In this document: positions 9,507 through 17,257 of the stretch, piece by piece | How the letters are laid out: each line of letters begins with the position of its first letter | Position numbering within the stretch: position 1 is the stretch's first letter | Assembly: GCF_052173895.1 (NCBI RefSeq) | Contig: NZ_JBQMXS010000004.1 | Span: 3,960 to 67,959, forward strand | Direction of reading: 5' to 3' | Length of the DNA stretch: 64,000 nt | Origin: Catonella sp. | Lineage (GTDB): Bacteria; Bacillota; Clostridia; Lachnospirales; Lachnospiraceae | Notes under the pieces: generated by a model | Database searches by the model: none | Told to the model about the DNA's origin: nothing | Seen by the model: only the letters and a program-made list of their open reading frames with translations | Translations under genes and position numbers: made by a program

Positions 9507-10431
9507 AATTATAACGCTTACGCTCAATAGTGCAATAGAGGAAGTTGCTTTTATAGATGATAGAGAGGGAAAAGAAAAAATTCTAGATATGAAAAAATAT
9601 TATACAGGGAAAGCTGTAAATACTGGTTTAGCCCTCTCTAATGTAGGATGTAAATGTGAGATGGTCATAGTTTGTGGAGAAAATACATGTGAAGCATTTT
9701 CTGCTTTTTCTAATGTGACTAGATTGGTTTCAGTGTTTCCTGTTTTGGGGGACACAAGAATTAATAGAACTAATGTTTATATAGGTGATCGAGAAGAAAA
9801 AATCATTAATAAAGGCTATTGCATGAGTGATAATATTGCTCATAAAGTTTTTCAGTATGTTATTGAACATGCTGAAAAAGATGATTTAATAATGATTGCT
9901 GGTAGTTTACCTGAAGGGGTAACTGATTGTTGGTATTGTGAATTAATAGTTGCATTGAAGAAAATGGGAGCTAAAGTCCTTTTTGATGCAGCTGGTAGCA
10001 CACTTGTGGCAGGAGTGAAGAATTCGCCATTTTATATTAAACCAAATGAAGAGGAAATAAGAGCGTTGATTGGGAACTACAAACAAGAGAATCTGACTGA
10101 GTGTATTAAAAATATTTCCAAGAAGAATAATATAGAAAATGTTATAGTGTCATTAGGTAAAAAAGGAGTTATGGGGTATAATTCTAAGTGTAATGAATTG
10201 TATCAGGTATTTTCTGAGCAAGAGTTTGGTTCAAATACCATGACGACAGGCTGCGGAGATTCATTCAATGCAGGTTTCATATATGGAACTGTATTAACAA
10301 AATCTTTTTTGCAATCGCTCATCTATGGAGTTGCTTTTGCCAGTGCCAATCTTATTGCTGGATTTCCTGAAAAAATAAGTATGGATATTGTCGAAGAGTG
10401 TGTTCAACATATAAAATATCAAATGATGTGA
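9499..10431 (+). CDS. PfkB-family sugar kinase (1-phosphofructokinase/tagatose-6-P kinase-like)
   Basis: IITLTLNSA, GKAVN, TRIN, AGSLPEG, IKPNEEE, VSLGKKG and the anion-hole motif TTGCGDSFNAG. Overlaps the upstream stop by 8 nt. Confidence 0.9.
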   Translation: MSKIITLTLNSAIEEVAFIDDREGKEKILDMKKYYTGKAVNTGLALSNVGCKCEMVIVCGENTCEAFSAFSNVTRLVSVFPVLGDTRINRTNVYIGDREEKIINKGYCMSDNIAHKVFQYVIEHAEKDDLIMIAGSLPEGVTDCWYCELIVALKKMGAKVLFDAAGSTLVAGVKNSPFYIKPNEEEIRALIGNYKQENLTECIKNISKKNNIENVIVSLGKKGVMGYNSKCNELYQVFSEQEFGSNTMTTGCGDSFNAGFIYGTVLTKSFLQSLIYGVAFASANLIAGFPEKISMDIVEECVQHIKYQMM

Positions 10432-10542
10432 TATCAGTCAACTCAACTGACAGAAATAAGAAGATGTAGTTGGTAGCAGGATGCTTAGCATACTAGGAGA
10501 AAATGAAACAGTCCCGCTATTTGTGGAATATATAATTAACTC

Positions 10543-10580
10543 AATCTGAAGAAAGCAACTTTCTTCAGATTTTTTATTTT
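10543..10580 (+). terminator. Rho-independent terminator (copy 1 of duplicated cassette)
   Basis: AATCTGAAGAAAG-caa-CTTTCTTCAGATT forms a 13-bp stem, followed by TTTTATTTT. Confidence 0.85.
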
Positions 10581-10588
10581 CCCTCTCT

Positions 10589-10628
10589 ATCTGTCAAAAT
10601 TGACAGATGTTTTTCTTGAAACTATGTT
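10589..10628 (+). promoter_or_regulatory. Palindromic operator ATCTGTCAA-AA-TTGACAGAT overlapping a sigma-A promoter (TTGACA-17-TATGTT), copy 1
   Basis: Palindrome at 10589-10608, -35 at 10600-10605, -10 at 10623-10628. Confidence 0.75.
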
Positions 10629-10678
10629 AAACTAATTAAAATGAGAACGATGAATGAGCAGATAAGAGAGGTAAAAAT

Positions 10679-11533
10679 ATGGAAAAAGCAACGGTAAATA
10701 TGAAAAACTGGAAACTTAGAACTAGAGGCGAAGATTATAACTTATCAGGGACTGCAGACAGCCATCCGAGGCTTGGCAATAATACATATATAGGCTGCAC
10801 TTCATACTTAGTTAGCTATACATTAGAAGACGATATTTTAACTTATGAAACAAGAAATACTATTTATATCTGCCCATTAAAATATATGGTAGAAGCAGAT
10901 GAAGGCTCTAAAGCCAGCATCTTAAAAGAGTACTATGAGAGTCCCGAGCTTACAGAACACCTTAATGAGCTTATGCTGATTGGCCAGAGAGAAAGAGAAG
11001 AAGAAAAGAAAAAGTACGAAGAGCATCTGCTAGAAGTCGCAAAAGGGTATGAGGACTGTATTTATATTGAAATGAAAAGAATTACAAATGGAGATATGCT
11101 TGCTTATAATATAGGAGGCAAGGCAGGACTTGTTGAGCCACATAAGCATATTAGTGACAGGCAGGATAGTATTTTGTATATGAGATATCAGGAAGATGAT
11201 GAGGAAGCAAGCCTTGATTTTAGGTATTGGCCTATGGAAGATCCGGATGATATACCAGTGTTTGTGATGAACGATGAAGGTGAATTTGTTGAATTACCAA
11301 GAGAGCGTAAAGTGAAAGAAAAGCAAGAAGTTGTCACATATAGCTGGTCAGATAATATAAAAAGAGCAGTTATAAAAAATGACTCCCACATTCTTATAGA
11401 ATTTAATGGCGTAGATATAGCTATTGGTGAGACAAAGGTATTTGGGGCAGACCGTCATGTAGAGGGATTACTTAGTCCGGACTGCTATAATGGGAAATCC
11501 TGCTTAACTCCGGGAGAAAAGAGAAATGATTGA
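10679..11533 (+). CDS. Hypothetical protein (284 aa)
   Basis: GAGAGG SD, directly downstream of cassette promoter 1. No recognised domain. Confidence 0.7.
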   Translation: MEKATVNMKNWKLRTRGEDYNLSGTADSHPRLGNNTYIGCTSYLVSYTLEDDILTYETRNTIYICPLKYMVEADEGSKASILKEYYESPELTEHLNELMLIGQREREEEKKKYEEHLLEVAKGYEDCIYIEMKRITNGDMLAYNIGGKAGLVEPHKHISDRQDSILYMRYQEDDEEASLDFRYWPMEDPDDIPVFVMNDEGEFVELPRERKVKEKQEVVTYSWSDNIKRAVIKNDSHILIEFNGVDIAIGETKVFGADRHVEGLLSPDCYNGKSCLTPGEKRND

Positions 11534-11558
11534 TTAAGAGAAATGAATTATGTATAAT
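11530..11558 (+). promoter_or_regulatory. Putative sigma-A promoter (TTGATT-17-TATAAT) for the AAA/PD-(D/E)XK gene
   Basis: Near-consensus hexamers with 17-bp spacing. Confidence 0.5.
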
Positions 11559-11615
11559 ATATGTATAACGAAAGAATTTACATATATTTTCATTTAAGGC
11601 TCAAAGGAGAACTAA

Positions 11616-13295
11616 ATGGCGGACATCAATCTTCCGGTCGGCAACTCAAACTTTGCTGACATTATAGAGAATAATTACTACTATGTGGACAAAACCGGGC
11701 TTATAGAGGAGATCCTGCGTGATAGAGGAGTCCAGGTAACTTTGATTACCAGACCTAGGCGCTTTGGGAAGACTCTTGCAATGACTATGCTTGCTGAATT
11801 TTTTGATATTACCAAAAGCAGCAAGTCTGTTTTTGATGGGCTTAATATCGCTAAAAACAGTGAGCTTATGGAAAAATGGCTGAATAAGTGGCCGGTGGTA
11901 TATATTTCATTTAAAGATGTGGTAGGGATTGATTTTACAAAAAGTTATGGGATGCTAAAAAATACAATATCAGATTTATTTATAAAAAACTATTATCTCA
12001 AAGATAGCAGCAAAGTAAATGAAATAGATAAAAAAGTGTTTTTAGAAATAGCTGATAAAGTAGAGGGCAGGCCTACAGATGATCAGATTAAAACAAGTCT
12101 TGCACTGCTTATGAGGATGCTAAAAGCTCATTATGACAGGCCTGTAATTTTGCTTATAGATGAGTATGATGTTCCGCTTGCAAAGGCAAGCGAGGATAAG
12201 GAACACTATGAAAAAATGCTCGATATTGTAAAACCTATGCTTAGTTCTGCTATTAAGGACAATCAGGCATTGAAGCTGGGAGTGGTTACAGGCTGTCTTA
12301 GGATAGCTAAGGAAAGCATATTTACAGGAACCAATAATTTCGTTTCAGATACAATATCAGATATAAGGCTGAATGAGTATTTTGGGTTTACTCAAAATGA
12401 GGTTGACAAAATTTTAACAGAGTCAAAATTAGAATTTGCCGCTGGAGATATAAAAAAATGGTATGATGGATATCATTTTGGAGAAACCGATGTATATTGT
12501 CCTTGGAATGTTATGAATTATGTAAATAGCTTACAGAACAACCCTAAAGCGAAACCGGTAGGATATTGGAAAAACTCGAGTGACAATATGATAATTCGTT
12601 CATTCATTGATAGTGCAAAAGGAGCAATTACAGGGAAAATAGAGACTCTGCTTTCTGGAGGCAATATTATAGAGAATATCAATGAAGATTTGACATATCA
12701 GAATTTACACGAATCTGAAGACAATCTATGGAGCATACTATATCTTACAGGTTACTTGACTTTGGAAAAAAAAGAAGAGAGTTTTTGTGTATCTGAAAAT
12801 GGTTTTAGCTTAAAAATACCTAATTTAGAGGTGAAAACTATATTCGAAGATACGATAAAAAAATGGTTTGAAGACAGTGCTAAGTCGTGGGATAGAAATA
12901 AGCTTTTTCATGCAGTCTGGAATGGCGATGACAGAGTGATTACCGATGAAATGACAAAGCTGCTTAGGAAGACTATCAGTTATCATGATTACAAAGAAGA
13001 TTTTTATCATGCATTTTTGGCTGGAATATTTGCAGGAGCTGGATATGCAGTAGAGTCAAATAGGGAGCATGGAGAAGGCAGGAGTGATATTTTAATCAAA
13101 GATTTTGAAGAGAGTAAAGCTGTAATTTTTGAAGTAAAATGTTCAAAGCAGGTAAAAGACCTTGAGAGAGACTGTCAAAAGGCAAAAGAACAGATAGAAG
13201 ATAAAAATTATGGAACAGAAATGGATGATGAAGGCATTGATGTAAAAGCATATGGAATATCATTTTGGAAAAAAAGATGTATGGTAATTATATAG
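11616..13295 (+). CDS. AAA-ATPase-like protein with C-terminal PD-(D/E)XK nuclease (DUF1703-type)
   Basis: LPVG..F..I....YYVDKT, RPRRFGKT, LLIDEYD and WYDGY in the ATPase part. The C-terminus has SNREHGEGRSDILI...IFEVK. Confidence 0.9.
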   Translation: MADINLPVGNSNFADIIENNYYYVDKTGLIEEILRDRGVQVTLITRPRRFGKTLAMTMLAEFFDITKSSKSVFDGLNIAKNSELMEKWLNKWPVVYISFKDVVGIDFTKSYGMLKNTISDLFIKNYYLKDSSKVNEIDKKVFLEIADKVEGRPTDDQIKTSLALLMRMLKAHYDRPVILLIDEYDVPLAKASEDKEHYEKMLDIVKPMLSSAIKDNQALKLGVVTGCLRIAKESIFTGTNNFVSDTISDIRLNEYFGFTQNEVDKILTESKLEFAAGDIKKWYDGYHFGETDVYCPWNVMNYVNSLQNNPKAKPVGYWKNSSDNMIIRSFIDSAKGAITGKIETLLSGGNIIENINEDLTYQNLHESEDNLWSILYLTGYLTLEKKEESFCVSENGFSLKIPNLEVKTIFEDTIKKWFEDSAKSWDRNKLFHAVWNGDDRVITDEMTKLLRKTISYHDYKEDFYHAFLAGIFAGAGYAVESNREHGEGRSDILIKDFEESKAVIFEVKCSKQVKDLERDCQKAKEQIEDKNYGTEMDDEGIDVKAYGISFWKKRCMVII

Positions 13296-13302
13296 CAAAC
13301 TT

Positions 13303-13342
13303 AATCTGAAGAGAGACAAAACTTTCTTCAGATTTTTTATTT
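13303..13342 (+). terminator. Rho-independent terminator (copy 2)
   Basis: AATCTGAAGA...TCTTCAGATT stem followed by TTTTATTT, starting 7 nt after the stop at 13295. Confidence 0.8.
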
Positions 13343-13350
13343 CTACCCAA

Positions 13351-13390
13351 ATCTGTCAAATTTGACAGATGATTTCTTCTAAGCTATGTT
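13351..13390 (+). promoter_or_regulatory. Perfect 20-bp palindrome ATCTGTCAAATTTGACAGAT overlapping a sigma-A promoter (TTGACA-17-TATGTT), copy 2
   Basis: Palindrome at 13351-13370, -35 at 13362-13367, -10 at 13385-13390. Confidence 0.75.
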
Positions 13391-13425
13391 AAACTTATTA
13401 TGAGTAAATGATAAAAGGAGTAGCC

Positions 13426-15180
13426 ATGTCTTATTGTAAGAAGTTTTTGCCCTATAGCAGGGACAATGTACCCTTTGTGATATTAAAAGAGCGAATAGAA
13501 AATGTATCAGGAAATGAATGTCTTATAAAGAGAGCCTGCCTTGCACTGTCAGCAGGAGGGATACTGAAAAGACCGCCTTATGAAGAAGACCTGTTTAATA
13601 CATATGGTATAAGCTGCGATTATATTGATGAAGAGAGTATAGCTGAGATTTACGAAAATTGTCCTTTGATAGACAGAAACATCATCATAGTCACTGAGCA
13701 AGAGGAAGTAGGAGTAAAGGCAGGGGTACTTTTAGCAAATTATGTAAAAATACTGCAGAAAGTATATGTAGATGCAGAGCTTGAAGAAAATGGTTATGAC
13801 ATTTATGATGATGAAGATGAGGGAGAAGTCGAGGGTATACTTCATTATGACAACTTTGATGAAGGGTTTAGTGTGTTTAATTTTACTTCAAATAAAGGGC
13901 TGGTAGAAATTTGTGATGTGATAGACCTTTCATTTGTACCGGAAGATGTAAAGGGAGAGTATCATTATGGCGACAGATTTACAAAAAGCCTGACGCCTTT
14001 TGTAATTGTGACAGGGCTAAAGCCTGATAGATATCTTGAAGCAAGGCTCTCAGGCATAGCTACAAGCAGGAATGCGCTAAGAATAATGGTTATTAATCAT
14101 GATACATATTTTAAGCACGAAATGCAAGTTTACCTTATGGATAAGGACTGCACTACTGTTGTAGTGGATGCTGTAGAAGATTCATACTACGAAGGCGTAT
14201 TAAAAAGGCTTTTGGCATTGCAGGAGCTTAAAATAAAAGAAGAAAATATAAGCAGGTTCATATTTAGGACAAAGCGTATATTTGGAAAAAACTTTTCAGA
14301 AGAAATGCTTGTTAAAATTGTAACAGATGCTAAAAAATCTAAAGATAAAGCAAGAGATAAAGGCAATGGAGAGACAGATGAAAAATATTTTGGAAGATTT
14401 TTTGAAAAGGAAGACAGTGCGAGAGAAAAACTTAGCAAAATGAATGGCCTTACTGAATTCAAGGCTTTAGTTAAAGAATACTTGGCTGTCTTAAAAGCAG
14501 AGAGAGAAAATAAGAATCTTAAAACTATGCATAGAAACTTGATATTTACAGGAAGGCCGGGTACAGGCAAAACTACTTGTGCAAAGCTCCTTGCAGACAT
14601 TTTATCTGAAGAAGGTATGACCAATGCTACATTTAATATGGTGAGCAGAGCTGACATCATAGGAAAGTATATAGGCCAGACTGCGCCTAAGATTACAGAG
14701 CTTTTCAATAATTCAAGGAATGGCATTATTTTTGTGGATGAGGCCGGATTTTTTGCAAATGATGCAGAAAGTGCCAATAGCTTTGTAAAAGAGGCAATTA
14801 AAGAGTTTGTAAGGTATATGGAACTTTATCCTGATGTGATAGTTATCTTTGCTTTATATGATAATGAACTGCAAGACTTTTTGAGATTGGATAAGGGGCT
14901 TGAATCAAGGATAAGGAAGACTATATATTTTAAGGATTATAGTGTACCTGAGCTGGTGAGGATTTTTGAAGAAAAGCTTGATGAAAATGGATATAGTATG
15001 GCGAAAAATTTGGGAGAAAAGCTTGAAGAAATTTTTGAAAATGAAATAAAGTCAGAGAATTTTGCTAATGCAAGGACTGTAAGAAAGCTTGTAGAGGAAG
15101 CAATTACAAAGTTTGGCATAAGGACTTTTAGGGAAGAAAACCCTGAAAGAGTGATAATTTTAGAAGATATATCAAGATAG
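13426..15180 (+). CDS. CbbX/SpoVK-like AAA+ ATPase with an uncharacterised N-terminal region
   Basis: GLTEFK, NLIFTGRPGTGKTT.A, RADIIGKYIGQTAPK, GIIFVDEA, GLESRI, F.DYS..EL and NFANARTVRKLVE. Start moved to the ATG after the AAGGAG SD. Confidence 0.85.
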   Translation: MSYCKKFLPYSRDNVPFVILKERIENVSGNECLIKRACLALSAGGILKRPPYEEDLFNTYGISCDYIDEESIAEIYENCPLIDRNIIIVTEQEEVGVKAGVLLANYVKILQKVYVDAELEENGYDIYDDEDEGEVEGILHYDNFDEGFSVFNFTSNKGLVEICDVIDLSFVPEDVKGEYHYGDRFTKSLTPFVIVTGLKPDRYLEARLSGIATSRNALRIMVINHDTYFKHEMQVYLMDKDCTTVVVDAVEDSYYEGVLKRLLALQELKIKEENISRFIFRTKRIFGKNFSEEMLVKIVTDAKKSKDKARDKGNGETDEKYFGRFFEKEDSAREKLSKMNGLTEFKALVKEYLAVLKAERENKNLKTMHRNLIFTGRPGTGKTTCAKLLADILSEEGMTNATFNMVSRADIIGKYIGQTAPKITELFNNSRNGIIFVDEAGFFANDAESANSFVKEAIKEFVRYMELYPDVIVIFALYDNELQDFLRLDKGLESRIRKTIYFKDYSVPELVRIFEEKLDENGYSMAKNLGEKLEEIFENEIKSENFANARTVRKLVEEAITKFGIRTFREENPERVIILEDISR

Positions 15181-15191
15181 GCATAAGGAGT

Positions 15192-15719
15192 GTGAGCATG
15201 ATTTATTTTACATCAGATTTACATTTTTACCATAAAAATGTCATTAAGCATGCAAACAGGCCTTTTCAAAATGTGGAAGAGATGAATGAAAAGCTTATTA
15301 AAAACTGGAATAACCGGATAAAATCAGAGGATGAAGTTTATATTTTAGGAGACTTCACTATGAAAGGCACTGAGTATGCTGCAGAGATTTTAAGGAAACT
15401 TAAAGGAAAGAAATATCTGATTAAAGGAAATCATGATAACTTTGTAAATCAGGAAACTTTTGATAATTCGCTTTTTGAATGGGTAAAAGATTATTTCGAA
15501 CTGCAACATAATAACCAGAGCTTTATCATGTTTCATTATCCTATAGAAGAGTGGAATCATTTTTTTAGGGGAGCAATCCACTTACATGGACATCAGCACA
15601 ACAGCCCGGAATACAATATATTAAATGAAGAAAAGGGGCTTAAAAAGTATGATGTAGGAGTGGATGCCAATTATATGAAACCTGTGAGCATAGAGGAGAT
15701 AATAAAGTTTTTTGGCTAG
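15192..15719 (+). CDS. Calcineurin-like metallophosphoesterase (short, phage/COG4186-like)
   Basis: FTSDLHFYH, YILGDF, KGNHD, FHYP, HLHGHQH and DVGVDA motifs. Confidence 0.9.
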   Translation: MSMIYFTSDLHFYHKNVIKHANRPFQNVEEMNEKLIKNWNNRIKSEDEVYILGDFTMKGTEYAAEILRKLKGKKYLIKGNHDNFVNQETFDNSLFEWVKDYFELQHNNQSFIMFHYPIEEWNHFFRGAIHLHGHQHNSPEYNILNEEKGLKKYDVGVDANYMKPVSIEEIIKFFG

Positions 15720-15733
15720 AGAAGGGAGAAAAA

Positions 15734-17236
15734 ATGTTTTATAAGTTTGATGAGTGCATAGAATATATGAAGAAGGCGGGGCTAAAAGTAAAGTGGAGAG
15801 AAGAGGCTGAAGAAAGAGTAGACTTAGAAGAACTATCAGATATTCCAGGTTTTGAATGGATTGAAAAAGATAACTGTATTCATATGGAAAGAAATCCTTA
15901 TTTTAGGATGAGAGGAAAGAGAGTTACAAAGGAGCAGGCATTTGACATAATAAGCAGAGAGAGTGAACACAAGAGAGACTTTATGATAGAGAGGACTGAA
16001 AAGATAATAGAAGAAAGACCAGCTCTCCAGTTTGGCGAAATAAGGCTGCACTATACCCATGGTCTTGACCAAATACAGTCTTGGATAGATCCGGATGGAG
16101 CAGTAGGAGAAAATAATTACTGTGCATGGAAGTACCCTGAAGGCCTGAAACTTATAGAAGAACATATGCTAAATGCCAAAAGGTATCCTTATCTTAAATA
16201 TGTAATAATATATACCATACATGATGCAAGAATGCAGGATGACTTATATAATGCATATGGAATTTTTTATGACATTGAAGACAGGATGTTCTGGGGAGGG
16301 TTTGAGTATGCACTCTGGGTACATGATGGCGGAGTTGAAAGAGTGGATAAAGATAAAGCAAAAGAACTTTATGAAGAATATCAGTCAGAATATCCTTGTA
16401 ACGAAATGTTTATGCGAGATGATTGGAATAAGTACATAAAGCCATATTTAGATGAAGAGTATGTTAAGAGATTAAGTAAAGCTTGGAAACAGACAGAAAA
16501 AGAAAAGGCTGATATGCTTTCATTAAATATATATGACCGTCCAACATCAGAAGTAAATTTTGAGAATTATTATGAATCACTTATTAGACATAAAGAATAT
16601 TTAGAGATGGATTATTCAAAGGAATTTTGTGAAAAGGTTTACAGAGTTTTGGCGGCTGCTGCAAAGGAAGTTGAAAGATTTAGGGATGGAGAAGTAGAGC
16701 CAGGTGAATTAGACATGCAATTTTACTGGGATATTATGAGAGAGATTAGTAAAAATAAGGATGAACATACTATTGACGATGAGATTGAAACGACTGAGCT
16801 TGTGGTTAAAAGTTTTCTGGAAAAATTTTATGATGGAATGGAGATTGAGGCTTTAGTATATTTTAGGCTTGATGGAGAATACATGGCTAAGCTTAGGGAT
16901 TATGTAGGAAGTGGTGAAATTCATTTTGATAAGATTACCAGATTTTTAAAGGAGGATGAGGGGGAGACTGATGAGTCTATAAAAAAGTTTCTTGATGATA
17001 TAGAGTTATTTGGTGACGAGAACTTAAGGAAGATGGTGCTCTCTTATGTTGATTATAAGCAAAACGAACCAAACAAGCGTATACCTTGGGAAGACTTTGC
17101 AAAGGGATTAAAAGAATCATTGAAGAATACTGATATAAAAGTAGAGTGGAATGGCAAAAAGATATTTTTTATTAAGGGTGATTTAACTATATTTATTGAG
17201 AAAAAAGACATAAAGAAGTTCAATAGTGAAGATTAA
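15734..17236 (+). CDS. Hypothetical protein (500 aa)
   Basis: AGGGAG SD and operonic spacing. No confidently assigned domain. Confidence 0.7.
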   Translation: MFYKFDECIEYMKKAGLKVKWREEAEERVDLEELSDIPGFEWIEKDNCIHMERNPYFRMRGKRVTKEQAFDIISRESEHKRDFMIERTEKIIEERPALQFGEIRLHYTHGLDQIQSWIDPDGAVGENNYCAWKYPEGLKLIEEHMLNAKRYPYLKYVIIYTIHDARMQDDLYNAYGIFYDIEDRMFWGGFEYALWVHDGGVERVDKDKAKELYEEYQSEYPCNEMFMRDDWNKYIKPYLDEEYVKRLSKAWKQTEKEKADMLSLNIYDRPTSEVNFENYYESLIRHKEYLEMDYSKEFCEKVYRVLAAAAKEVERFRDGEVEPGELDMQFYWDIMREISKNKDEHTIDDEIETTELVVKSFLEKFYDGMEIEALVYFRLDGEYMAKLRDYVGSGEIHFDKITRFLKEDEGETDESIKKFLDDIELFGDENLRKMVLSYVDYKQNEPNKRIPWEDFAKGLKESLKNTDIKVEWNGKKIFFIKGDLTIFIEKKDIKKFNSED

Positions 17237-17257
17237 GCTGCTAGGGAGGGTATCAGT

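Larger units (their letters stand above)
10543..10645 (+). repeat. ~100-bp direct repeat, copy 1 (partner 13303-13405)
   Basis: Shared blocks aatctgaaga, actttcttcagattttttattt, atctgtcaaa(a/t)ttgacagatg, tttctt, ctatgttaaact and atgag. Confidence 0.9.
13303..13405 (+). repeat. ~100-bp direct repeat, copy 2 (terminator + palindrome + promoter)
   Basis: Same block order as 10543-10645. Confidence 0.9.

Noticed and set aside
9499..10431. PfkB gene as fruK/lacC of a sugar catabolic operon
   Set aside because: No PTS, aldolase or DeoR regulator is adjacent. It is translationally coupled to an NTPase-TPR gene instead.
10543..13405. Palindromic direct repeats read as a CRISPR array or IS ends
   Set aside because: There are only two copies, 2.76 kb apart with genes between them. 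No cas or transposase gene is nearby, and the internal structure fits terminator + promoter.
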